Notes: generated by a model from the letters alone, not told the origin. Counted from the first letter of the stretch, positions 47,761 through 59,370 are shown. The stretch is DNA of 59,413 nucleotides from Guillardia theta CCMP2712 (GCF_000315625.1 NW_005434526.1:1-59413), one strand, 5' to 3'. A program made the numbers and translations.

Positions 47761-48963
47761 ATGTCTTACTGGAGTGACGAAGAGGATAACAACCGTGAGG
47801 ACACACAGTCCCCACCCCCGGTACCCACCGCCTCCGGGAGCTCCTCCCTCGCGGTGGCCCCTCGCCCCTTACAGCGCGCGATGGCGAGGGTGAGGTCCCC
47901 TCAGCGCTTTGCCTCCGGATATGACTCCGACACCGCGATAGAGGATAGCGGCGAGGAGGAGGATGAGCAGGAGATCAAGAGCTCCTACAACCTGAGGGAG
48001 GGAGTCGACGGCAGGATGTACTATGGCAAGGCCAGTGATGAGATGCCGGGCTACGACGAGAGCATGGATCCCGAGTTCGATCCCGTCGCATTCGCCGAGC
48101 AGGAGATGAAGTCCAAGGACATCGAAGACGGCTATGATTCCATGGGCAGTGACGACCTGGACATGCTGGATGTTGAGATACGGGAGGATGAACTCGACAT
48201 CGTCCGTGACGTGAAGAAGGGAGATCTCGTCAGCTTCTGCAAGGGCTTCACCCCCGCCACCGTCTTCGAGGGCGTCATAAGGCTGAAGTGCGTGGAGGAG
48301 AGCGAGAAGGCGGGCTTTGGCGTCTGTGTCTGTGGTTCTGTCCCGACTTACTACTGCTGTGTCTGCAACATGATCACGACCTGCAAGTGCTGTAGTCACA
48401 AGGGTGGCTGCTCGATGTGTGGCAGCGATGACTCAGAGCTTGTCAGTGTGAGGCTGGACAATCCCGAGACGATCGGCAGTTTCATACATGACATCGACAG
48501 CACGGAGGTGAGGTGCAAGGCCAGGACTCTCAATGACCGGCTGGATGACTGCATGATGATCTTTGACAGTGTCAGGGACCGTGTTAGCTTCTTGGTCTAT
48601 CTTTACGAGACCGTGTTTGACGGCATCCTCACGCCCTCCCGGAATATCTGCACGATATGCTTCGATCGATCGGCCCGTGTCATCTATCATCCCTGTGGCC
48701 ATCTCGCTGCGTGCTCGACTTGCCATCTGCGTATGGGCTCCAATCATCCATGCCATATGTGCCGGACCATGGTGACACGGTCCTACGTGTACATGAATGT
48801 CCATCTCCGTGGGGTTGTGGAGCGCAGCAGCATGAGATGTGATTTTGACAAGTATATCGCTATTGAGAGAATGCTGGATTACAACACGCCGGATGCGCTC
48901 AAGCGGTATATCATTGCCCATGCGAAGAAGACGATGCATGAGCCGATCGAGATCTCGGACTGA
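47761..48963 (+). CDS. IAP-type C3HC4 RING finger protein (putative E3 ligase) with acidic N-terminus
   Basis: CTICFDRSARVIYHPCGHLAACSTCHLRMGSNHPCHMCR; second Cys cluster CVCGS...CCVCNMITTCKCCSHKGGCSMC; intronless 400 aa. Confidence 0.85.
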   Translation: MSYWSDEEDNNREDTQSPPPVPTASGSSSLAVAPRPLQRAMARVRSPQRFASGYDSDTAIEDSGEEEDEQEIKSSYNLREGVDGRMYYGKASDEMPGYDESMDPEFDPVAFAEQEMKSKDIEDGYDSMGSDDLDMLDVEIREDELDIVRDVKKGDLVSFCKGFTPATVFEGVIRLKCVEESEKAGFGVCVCGSVPTYYCCVCNMITTCKCCSHKGGCSMCGSDDSELVSVRLDNPETIGSFIHDIDSTEVRCKARTLNDRLDDCMMIFDSVRDRVSFLVYLYETVFDGILTPSRNICTICFDRSARVIYHPCGHLAACSTCHLRMGSNHPCHMCRTMVTRSYVYMNVHLRGVVERSSMRCDFDKYIAIERMLDYNTPDALKRYIIAHAKKTMHEPIEISD

Positions 48964-49044
48964 TCCATTTCGTTTGAATTGTGTGTGTGTGCGAAAATAA
49001 ATGCACTCGTTGCGAGCCCGGTTGGCATACGCCCTCCATCCCCC

Positions 49045-49356
49045 ATGCACTCCCACGCCTGCTTTTGCTGTCGGTGGTTCGATACGGATGTCCCATGTCC
49101 GTATCAGATGCGGCGACCCTTGACAATGGACGAGATGCTGAGGGCCGGCTTCGACGTCACGGCCGAGGCATTCCATGCCTGCAACCTGGAGAGGGTCCGT
49201 GGTTTGATCTCCCAGGGCCTCATCCCGGGGGTGACATCCTGGTGTTCCCGATGCAAGAGGATCACCCCTCTGGTCCCGATGGATTGCGAGGATGCCGGTG
49301 TGGCCATGGTGGATATCATACGGAGGCACGAGTCCATGGACTCGTGGCTGCATTAA
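49045..49356 (+). CDS. Small Cys/His-containing hypothetical protein
   Basis: ATG at 49045; HACFCC...WCSRCK motifs; codon style like the neighbouring insert ORFs. Confidence 0.55.
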   Translation: MHSHACFCCRWFDTDVPCPYQMRRPLTMDEMLRAGFDVTAEAFHACNLERVRGLISQGLIPGVTSWCSRCKRITPLVPMDCEDAGVAMVDIIRRHESMDSWLH

Positions 49357-50143
49357 AGACACCGTGGGCGGGTGGGTTCAGAAGCCTTTGTACGACCACC
49401 TGCCTCCTGTGAGAGCCTGTCCTAGACATGGCTTGAGAGTATTGAGGTGAATCAGCCTGTGATCAGGCAGCTCGGGGGATGAAGCGAGCTGACTGCTGCT
49501 GATCTGTCTGCCTTGGTATCAGTATCGATGCGGCATGCTCTCAGTGCGATGCCATGCTCTGAGGTCTCGTGCATGACAGGGCAGGGATAGGGTTGAGGCA
49601 GCCGCCAGACCTTGACGACCCGCCTGAGACCTGCTCGATAACTGCTGGCGATGGAGCTTCGAGCGATCGGTTGCGTTGATCCATGACGTCATTCCTCCAG
49701 GCGTCACGATCTGCCGGTATCACGATCGGACCGCAAACGACATTCTCACAAGATCGCAGAGCGAGGCAAGCAGACAAACTCCACCGGCATCTCTACGATA
49801 CCTCCAGCGGCATAGCCTGCTGTGACGCATCTGTACTGATAGAGGTACAAGTCAGATCTTTGTCACGTCACATGTTTGAGCTTGTTCTTTTAATGCAATG
49901 TAACATTGAAATATTAAATAGGGCAGTGTTATGTCGTTGAGGCAATGCACCATAGTGATGATGCTGTTGAGTACATGCGCGAATGTATCGTCCGATCGTT
50001 TGCTACCTTCACACCATGATCCGTACCTCCAACCTTCGAGAGCCATGACTTCTGTGAAGTAGCTTGTCGTTGCCATCCAAGGCACAAAACTTGCAGGTCG
50101 CCCAAGAGGCTTGGCTGTGCGTCTTCATGAGCCTCAGGTGCTT

Positions 50144-50772
50144 TCAGACGGCATCGTCGTCGCAGTCTATGCACCATGACATCCACTCGCCGTACCCTCC
50201 CAGCTCGTCCACGTCAGCCAACCATCCGTCACTTCTCTCCCCACATGTCACGGCCGGCGCTTCCGATGCCGGTGAGCTCCGCCGCTCACCCTCAGCGAGC
50301 GCAAGGGAGGAGCTGGCAGCATCCTCGTCCGGTACGGGAGGCGATGGCACTGCTGCCGCCATGCCCTGAGGGCCGCTGGATGACGCTGCAGCCTCACGCG
50401 ATGAAGGGGTGTGTGCGTCATGCTCGAGGTCAGCTGCCGGCCAGCGGCGGTAGGGCCAGCGCTTGATGCCGATCTTGCGGCAGGCTGCCTTGAGGCTGGT
50501 CAGCGACACGACCTGCGGCACAGGCGCTGGGTTAGCAGCAGGCTCTTGCCATCGCGCACAGACTGAGAGGAGCGGCAGGGGGGGAGGAGTGAAGAAGGCA
50601 GAGTAATGACAAGAGCTTCAAGACTTACCAGGCGCCTTGCGGCAGCCTCCTGGGGGAGGTGGAAGAAAGCCTCGAGGACGGAGACGCAGATGCGGACCTT
50701 GGGGAGGGAGGAGGAGGGGAAGGGAGAGTCGCGGGGGCGCGGGGAGACGAGGACAGCAGAGGGGATCGCCAT
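50144..50772 (-). CDS. RWP-RK transcription factor (type C), one intron
   Basis: MAIPSAVLVSPRPR...AARRL|VVSLTSLKAACRKIGIKRWPYRRW...CDDDAV*. Confidence 0.85.
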
Positions 50773-51099
50773 GGCCGCGGCGAGAAGGGATGAGGGCAGG
50801 CGCCCCTCGAAAGAAGAAGTGTTCCATGGGGATTCTGCTAGAACGTCTCCCCCTCACCCCTGCTATCGTAGGATATTCATTGGGAGAGATGAAGGGTGGG
50901 TACTTTAAAAACATTGTTGCAACATCTTTGTACCCCGCGAAACTACTCTTCTTCGATGCAGATCACACAAAAACTCACCCCTGACACCCGTCCCTGCTAC
51001 CCAATTTAGTCGCAAACAAAGGTGGTGGTAGGGCTGTGTAATCAACAACCCCATCGAAACCACTTCTCTTCACAGGGCACCTTAAACGGGTTACTAGCC

Positions 51100-51945
51100 G
51101 TGCAGTGCGAGGTGGCCACTGGCCCATGCGCGGCCCCCATGATGATCTGGCAGAGCCTCCTGGCATCTGATGCGGCCCATGCCAGCCGTGCCAGTCAAAT
51201 ACCGTACTAGATCATGGCCCAGTGACAGGCCCGTAACTGGTACTATGTACGGTAACATAGTAGCCGCTGAGGCTGCCCCGCGGCCGGCCGAGTCACTGAC
51301 TCCCGAGTTTGACTCCGAGCCTCCGGCTCACTGTCAGCTCACAGAGTCAGTCCGCGGACCGGGAGCCTCCGAGCCGCCGGGCCCGACTCGGTGACGGTGC
51401 CCGAGTCCCGAGTCAGTCACTCCCTCAGACGCCGGGCCTGAGTCTTGGCTGGCGGCGGCCGGCGGCGCCCCCCCGGGCCCGTAAGTTGTCAATGATCGGC
51501 CTGTGTGTGATCCCGTCCGAGGCTCAGGGCGGGCCGCTACATCACTGCATCATCATGATGTGGGTTGCGGCCGGGGCCGCTGCACGCCGGCGGGTCCGAC
51601 ACGGTCGCCGTAGTACTGAGTAGTAATTGAAATGATGTGTCCGACGGTACAGCCGGGCGGCCGGGTCACCGGGTCGGCGGGGCGGCCGCCCGCAGTGTAC
51701 GGTCCGTCGGCACTGGTCCGGCGGCCCGATGAGAGCCTGGCAGGGTGGCACTGGTAGTACCGTGACTCCGGGTGACGGTCACCGGGCCCGGGCCCGGTGT
51801 CGGCACTCAGCCTGGCAGTGGAGTCGGCACTCAGTGACTGATGTCGGCACAGCAGAGCTGTGTCGGTCAGACCCCAGACTGGGCCCGGGGCTGCCGCCTC
51901 GGCCGGCCCGGGCCAGGGCCCGGGCCGGCCGTACGAGACCGTGAC
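51100..51945. other. GC-rich palindrome-dense island
   Basis: Repeated ccgggcccgg, gactc/gagtc, cagtgactg, ggccggcc; lies between divergent genes. Confidence 0.6.
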
Positions 51946-52071
51946 TACTAGTTTACTATATGTTCAACGTTTTTGTCCAATCGGCACCTTGTAGTCTGCG
52001 AGGGGAGGAGGGTATAAATTTGTTTTTTCAAGTTCGGTTGGCCATGGCGGGGATCGAGGTAAGACGAAGTT

Positions 52072-52280
52072 GAAAGGAGGAGGAGGAGGAGGAGGAGAAG
52101 GAGGAGGAGAAGGAGATAGAGAAGGAGAAGGAGGAGGAGGAGGAGATAGAGAAGGAGATAGAGAAGGAGAAGGAGATAGAGAAGGAGAAGGAGATGGAGA
52201 AGTTGGAGGAGGAGGAGATAGAGAAGGAGGAGGAGAAGGAGAAGGAGAAGGAGAAGGAGAAGGAGGAGAAAGAGGAGGAT
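52072..52280. repeat. Homopurine tract (GAAGGA/GGAGATAGA units)
   Basis: Read directly. Confidence 0.85.
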
Positions 52281-52454
52281 AATCAACAGATAGTCTCTCA
52301 CCTGCATGTTAAGAATGAAAAAATTGAATATGCCATGCCTGTGGAGGGTTGATTTCTTCAGTGCCGTGTGTCGATGATATTATCTGAGTGAACTTGCCCT
52401 TTAACTGCAAAAAGACTCGCGCCCGTTCTGTTCCTGATCGTTTCACAGCCCACT

Positions 52455-55400
52455 ATGGAGCTAGAGCATGCCATCGGGTTCTCCGGAGATCTCAGGAAAT
52501 GCCTGATGTTTCATCCGAATGGCAGAGACATGGTGTATGCAGCGGGAGGGTGCTTGATCGTTGCAGACTTGCTGGACCCTCACAACCAAGTGTTTCTGCG
52601 GGGTCATGACGATTTCATAACGACTGTCGACGTCTCCCCGAGCGGCAGGTACATCGCATCGGGACAGAGGGGAGAGAACGCAGACGTGATCGTGTGGGAC
52701 TTCGAGGAGAAGAGGCTGCTCTACAGGATGCAGTCTCATGACGCGGGGGTGGCCGTGGTGGCGTTCTCCCATGACGAGAAGCTGCTGCTCAGTGTCGGGG
52801 TGACACCGGGGGACAATCGGTAATTACATCGGACGAATCGCTCGTGTTGTTTGATGCAGACAATCATCGCAAGTGTTGAGATTTATGTTGTTGTCGGAGC
52901 ATCAGGTTACCGAAGGGACTGATTTACACTGTTCGAAGGTTGTTTGTGTGGGACATGGCAAGCGGTCTGATGAACGCGCAATCTAATGCTGTCCAATCAG
53001 TCGATTCGCAGGTCAGTCATGCTCTCCTACTTTCTTTTCTGCAGCATCGCATCAGATGTTCACACGCCTCATATCACTCGATGATGTTGCATCGATCAAA
53101 TCCAATGCAAGCAGTATCATCTTTGACATTATCACACCATGATGACTTGCTGGAGCAATGATGAAGTGACATGTTTGGTCAGAACACCATGTGTGCAGTC
53201 TGGGGAGGTTTTTTCAAGGACATTAAAAGAAGAGACACTTCCAACTACATGTTTGCAACAGCAGGCAAGAAGAGGTATACAATCTTGTTCGGAAGTGAAC
53301 ATGTCAAGAGGTCACAACATGTTCACAACTCATGCAGCATTCGAATATGGTGTCTGGACCCTGTCAACGGGGCTTGGCCTGTCATGGGCGAGAATGTGAA
53401 TTGATCTTTATTCTCTTGTACCGAGTTGAGTGATGAATTTGTCAACATTGCAGTTCACTGCGCACAGTCATATTCGGGATTACACATGTTTAGCATTCTC
53501 GCATGATAGAAATCATCTTTTTGCAGGAAGCACAACAGGTGAGATGTATAGACAACTGCTTGTTGGAGGGCGATTGTTTGTTGACAAATTCCCATCTGAA
53601 GGAGACGTTTCCTGCTTTCAAATCAAGTCAAAATCCCTTGCGTCTTCCAAGCTTTGTACACAGGAATGTCTTGCATAACAACCGCGGATCAAACAGAAAG
53701 ATGACAGGCTTCTTATCACAGGGAGGAATCGAGTCATTGATGATTCTCCCTTCCAACGACAAGGTGAGTTGATGTGAAAGAATCCATCAGACCGCAAACC
53801 TCCCCAGCTCTTCCGCATCATCTCCAACGACTTGCTGACGCGGCAAGCAGGAGTCGAGCTCTCTGCTGATTGGAGGAGGGGATGGAACGTTGACCCGCAT
53901 TGTCTGCCTGCGACTCTCTGGATGGAAGCCTCGTTGACCATCATCTCAGGTGGCGAGGAACCACAGCGAGTTACACGATGTCATGAATGGGAGGATAACC
54001 CTCAAGGTAGAACCTTTCCTCTCCTCCCTTCCTACCTCTTACCCTGACAGTTCTCCTTTCTCTCCTCTCTTCCTGCCTAGCTCCCTTACCTCTACTGTTC
54101 TTCATCCTATCCTCTTTTCCAACATGGATCTCTTACCCCGACTACCCTTCTTCCTCCTTCCTTGCTCTCTTGCCCTGATACTGTTCGTTACAGGGCAAGG
54201 TTACCTCATTGTGTATCTCGTCCGACCTGTCAGAGACGATCGTTGGGAGTGCGGAGGTGTCCATCTTTCCTCTCCTGCAGCTCTGCTCTATTCCTCCCCT
54301 CCTCTCCCTTTGGGCATATCTGCCGTAGCCTCCCCTCCTCCCTCATCTTGTCTCGAAACAGCCTCGTGCCCCTCTCATACTCTTCTTCTCCTTGCCAGAA
54401 TCCTTGCTTTCCCCTTCTCTTCCTCCTCCTTCTCCTTCTCCTCCTTCTCCTCCCCGCACTCATTTGTCCTCCAAGATTTGATTCGAGCAAGTCAAAGATC
54501 TCGTGAACGTGACTGGTTGTACAGGGCCTGATGTATAGGATGCGAAATTCTGATATGAAAACCGTGAAAATATCCGGTGAACTTTGAAATCTTGTGGTCT
54601 GCGTTGATTCCAGACTGGAATTGATCTCTCCCCTTGGTCCTGTGCGGATAGAATCTCATCGAGGGGCTATTACCGCTGTCACGTTTCCAAGAGATTCTTC
54701 CGATCGATTTGCAACGTAAATAATGATGAGACCGGGGGAAGGAGAAGGAGAAATTTTCGATGATGATAGTAATGACGATGACGACGACGACGATGAAAAT
54801 GAGGATGAGGATGAGGATGAGGATGAGGATGAGGATGATGAATGAGATGACGTGTTAGAGGAAGGAGATGCTGATGCCACTAGACAACATATGTTTAGTT
54901 TGAGATGCAAGTCGAGATGATCACGACGACGATGATGATGATGATTGTGATCAAAACATCGAAGATTTCTCGGGCCTAAGTTGGGCCATGATGGCGGACT
55001 GACACCTTTTCAGATGCTCGGTAGACGGATCAATGGTTGTGTGGGACTTAACGGATTATCACATCTTGTGTTCGGGAAAATGCAGGTTGATGAATTATCT
55101 TTGTGTGACTTGCTGAGCATTGTGCCTTGTTCCTCTCCTCTCCTCTCCTCTCCTCTCCTCTCCTCTCCTCCTTCTCCCCTCCCCTCCCCACCTCCCCTCC
55201 CCTCCCCTCCCCTCCTCCTCTCCTCTCCTCCCCTCCCCTCCCTCCCCTGTCCACTTTACTCGCTTTTAGTCTTTTCTCTCTCCTCTCCTTCCGTTTCTTC
55301 CCCTTCCCTACTCTCTTTGACCTTCTATCACCTGAACTGACCTCTTTCAGGGATGGAGGAATCCCAACTTGTATTTCGTATGCCTTCGATTGTATCATCT

Positions 55401-58051
55401 CTGGTTGGACGGATGGAAAGGTGAAAACATTGGAAGTGATCGGAGAGGACGAGGACGACCGGGACGAGGACAAGAACAAGGAGCAGGAGCAGGAGCAGGA
55501 GCAGGAAGAAGAGGAGGGAGTGGAAGAGGAGGAGGAGAGTTTAAGAAGGAGAGAAGGAGGATTGAGGTGAAAGTTGAGCGAGCTGAGAAATGGTTGGCAG
55601 GTTCGATGTTTCGACGGGGAGACGGGGGAGATGCTGTGGGACATCAGCGACGTGCATAAGGGAGGCGTTACAGCGCTGCAGGTGGTCTCACGTGCTGTTG
55701 AAGAGCATCGGGGTTGACATGGTTGCGTTCAAGGTCTCATACAATCAAAGATTCATGATTACAGGCGGAGAGAACGGTGATGGATGAAACTGACTTGCTT
55801 CTCCTGTGTCCCCATTGTGGGGTTGTACCTGTTGTAACTCAATCCCGACCTCCTCTCCGCTCCTTCCTCTGCGCTTGTCCTCCTCCTCCTCCTCCTCCTC
55901 CTCCTCCTCCTCCTTCCCCTCCTTCTCCTCCTCCCCCTGCTTCTCCTCCTCTCCTCCTCCTCTCCTCCTCCTCTCCTCCTCCTCTGCTCCGCTGGATCTG
56001 CGATAATTGGGGATGGAGTGCAGGGGACATCAGAGTCTGGGACATCAAGTCGAGAGAGATGGTCTCCCATCTCAAGGTCCAGTGACAACTTTCATGTCAT
56101 TCTGTGAAATTCCGTTGTGTCTGGCTGATTTCTTCTTGATAAGCAAACTCACAACGTTGTGCAGCACAACTTTGATTGAATGTTGATTTCATCAATTCAC
56201 GATGATGATAAAAATGACGGAGATGATGATGATGATGATGATGATGATGTGTTGCTGTTGTTCTGAATGATGAAGAAGATGATGATGATGCATGCCATCT
56301 CAAAACAGCCCTACGTGTTCACCCGTCTGTCTTTGAACTTCTCACGCCACTATGTACTCTTGAACGATGTTCTCCCTCACATCTTTGTATGCAGGAGCAC
56401 ACATCAGCCATAACTTCCATCTCCATCTTCGAGGACGACGCGCATGCTCTGACAGGTACATGGATGCTTCATGGTATCGTGATCGTGCATGACCGAACGG
56501 CGGGCAGGGAGCAAGGACAGGAACATCCTGTGCTGGTGAGCTCTCGTGCAGGGGAGGAGTGAGGAGGGGTTAAGAGCGTTGAAGGGACCTCCGGCATGAA
56601 AAGCGAGTCGCTTCCCTTCGGCAAAGGATGGGAGGCATCAATTCCTTTGCTCTCCTCCCCGACCAGGTCCTCCTCCTCTTGCCTCCACCCCCCCTCCCTC
56701 CCCTTTCGTTCCATTTCTTCCCCACCCTCATCCCTCCCCCTTCCCTCAGCAGCCTATGCTCTATCTCCACCTCCTCCTCCTCCTCCTCCTCCTCCTCCTC
56801 CTCCTCCTCCTCCCCTTCCCCTCCTCTCCCTTTTGTTTACGCCTCGCAGCCCCTTCTCTTCCCCTGCTCCTGCTCCTGCTCCTGCTCCTTTGCTGCCCCT
56901 CCTTCAGCCTCTTTCTCTCTTGCTCCCCGTCCTCCTTCATCCTCTTTTTCTCATCCACCATCTTCATGGCCTTCCCTGCCCTCTCCATCCCCTCGTCTGA
57001 CAAGCTTCTTCTCAGCTCCAAGTAGTCTCAGTGGGTCAAGAAAGAAAACTTTCCTTCTGGGACCTCCGTGAGCCGGATCCGGTACGGGCCCACCCTCACT
57101 CCTGCTCTCCTGCCTTCCTCATTTCCCCTCCCTCCACTCCCCTCCCCCCCCCCCTCGCCTCCTCCTCCTTCCATTCCTTCTTCCACTCCTCCTCCTGTTC
57201 CTTTTCCTCCTTCTCTTCCTGATCCTCCGTCTCCCCTCTCCCAGCTTACCTCCTCCTCTCCTGCGCTGGCTCGCTACCTCCTCTCTTCTCTCGTCCTCTG
57301 CCTCATGTAGTGCCTTTAGATTCAGAGCATCGCGCTGGAGGGAGAAGCTCTTGCTCTTTCTATCTCCTCCTCTGGGAACTTTATCGTGACGGGAGGGAAA
57401 TCGCAGGTAAGGGAGGAGGAGAGGCAGGAAAGAGGTGGAAGAGGGAGGAAAGGGGATCAGAAGGGGAGGAAGGATGGGAGGGAGGGGGCACAGAAGAGGG
57501 AAGGGAGGGGAGAAAGTGGAGGAGGAGGGAGGATAGAGGATGATGGTGTATTTTCGCTGCAGGTTCTTCAGCTTTGGCTGTTTGAAGGAGGGAATCGGTT
57601 AGCAGATGGGATGGGCCATTCGGGAAGCATCAACAGGTAAAGGTGGAGCGCGAGAAGGGGAGGAGGAGGAGGAGGAGGAGTACGGATCAGTTGTGAAACG
57701 CGAAAAAAGGAAATGGAGGAGGAGGACTGGTAGGGTCGACTGACATGTTTTTAGTGTTGCCTTCAGCCCTGATGACAAGCAGGTAAAAGTGTAAAGGAGG
57801 AAGTGGAAGAGGAGGAGAACAGCGGGAGTAGAGTGCAGAGGGGGGAGGTGCTGAGGTTGCGAAGGGGAGAGGGAGGAGGAAGGGGAGAGGGAGGGAAACA
57901 AGGTAGGACAAAGCAAGGAGAACGGGAGGAAGGGAGAAGGAAAGTTCAAGCGAAGGGAGCAGATGAACGCGTGAATCAATGTGACGTGCTGTGTCAGATC
58001 GTGTCTGTCGGAGAAGATGGATGTATCTTCGTGTGGAACGTGTACACTTAA
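52455..58051 (+). CDS. CFAP52: Cilia- and flagella-associated protein 52 (WDR16)-like WD40 protein, many exons
   Basis: MELEHAIGFSG...HPNGRDMVY...QVFLRGHDDFITTVDVSPSGRYIASGQ...ADVIVWDF start and GHSGSIN...FSPDDKQ|IVSVGEDGCIFVWN end resemble the CFAP52/WDR16 family. Could be a paralog. Confidence 0.78.
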
Positions 58052-58259
58052 GAACAAGCCTGATCAATAAAACAAGACATGTTGAGAACGAGTGTTGATG
58101 AACAAGACATGTTGAGAACATACATGGATCACGGTAATCGAATTCTCAAGGTCACACAAGTGATGTCCAGCCCTCAACTCCTCGCACCCACCTCATCCTC
58201 TCTGACGTGATCCCGTCTCCTCCTACCACCTCGCTCTCCAACGTACACCTCTCCTCCCT

Positions 58260-59165
58260 TCACCTCCTGACCCGATTGACTATCCTCCCCATACCCTCGA
58301 TCGACACTTCCACCTCGTCCCCGTCCTCCAGGTACCTGCTCCCCGGTCATCCTTCCTCTTGCTCCTCCTCGCGATCCCTCCGATCGTCTCCGTCTCACCT
58401 CGCAGGGCTCTTGGAATGCCCGACTCCAGCTGGTGTCCCAGTGAGGATGATCTGAAGCAGGAGCAAAAGACGGAGGCGCAGGCGAAGGAGGAGGAGGAGG
58501 AGGAGGAGGAGGAGCAAGCATATCAAAATTTCATCGCATCGATCAGACAATCTCACTGTTCCAGGTAAGAGAGTCGAGCCGATGGAGAGGAAGGAGATAA
58601 TTTCAGCTACTGTGAAGATCATGTCGGAGGTGCTGCAATCCTGAACCACCTGCAGCACTGTGACAATGAGGAGTACACATATAGATGCTCAATCGGTTTC
58701 GTCCTAAAATCATCATCATCATCATCGATTGCAACAGCCAAATAATCATCGATAACATGAATTCCAACATCCACAAACGCATCACCGTCTATATTACCAT
58801 TAAAATCCATCAACTACTTTACACCAGGCAAAAACGCGCGGAGGGAATATGGAAGTGCAACAATAAGGTTGAAGGAGATTCGAGGAGAGGAACGCAATGG
58901 CGGGAGGAGGGAACGAGAGGAAAGGAGCGAAGAAGAGAAGGGAGAGAGAAGAGGGAGAGAAAGAGAGATGGAGAGGATAGATACGTGTGGATACATCAAA
59001 TGATGCCTGCACAATCATGCGATCTTGCACAGAACATGTATCAAATACTCACTTGTCCGTTGACCTTCGTCGTGATGCGCAGGTCCTGAAATGCAGGTGA
59101 GAATGAAAGAAAACAAAACTCCTCCTCCTTCTCCTCCTCCTTCTCCTCCTCGACATCAGCATCAT

Positions 59166-59197
<32 letters not shown>

Positions 59198-59370
59198 GCA
59201 TCAACACCACCACCACCACCACCACCACCACTACCACCACCACTACCAACACGTTGGACATCTGAATGACAAACTTCTACCTGCGGGTCCCTGATGTCCT
59301 GACTGTCAAACATCTTCAGACCGAGAGGAAAGGAATTGTATCGAAGGACTTTGACCGATTCCCACTGCTC
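58260..59370 (-). CDS. 3' exons of a fumarylacetoacetate hydrolase family protein (FAHD-like), partial
   Basis: Spliced text DIRDPQ|DLRITTKVNGQ|VVQDCSTSDMIFTVAEIISFLSIGSTLLPGT|IILTGTPAGVGHSKSPAR|YLEDGDEVEVSIEGMGRIVNRV contains the FAH signature ILTGTPxGVG. Confidence 0.85.

Larger units (their letters stand above)
46065..49381 (+). mobile_element. 3317-bp foreign insertion, probably a fragment of a large dsDNA virus or other intronless element
   Basis: Absent from sister units; replaces 24 bp (gtatagtaaccccgtgtgtaatat). Three co-oriented intronless ORFs with short spacers; no TSD, TIR, transposase or integrase. The insertion is directly visible; viral origin is inferred. Confidence 0.7.
40990..50773. 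repeat. Tandem array of ~2.0-2.1-kb units (starts ~40990, 43036, 45161, 50440); third unit interrupted by an insert
   Basis: Near-identical sequence and ORF sets recur at offsets of 2046 and 2125 bp. Confidence 0.95.

Noticed and set aside
46049-49362. Long minus-strand ORFs (485, 176 and 309 aa) in the insert
   Set aside because: Antisense shadows of GC3-rich plus-strand genes, with no motifs.
46065-49381. Insert as a transposon or retrocopy
   Set aside because: No TIR, LTR, TSD, poly(A) tail or transposase/RT; three separate ORFs; 24 bp of target deleted.
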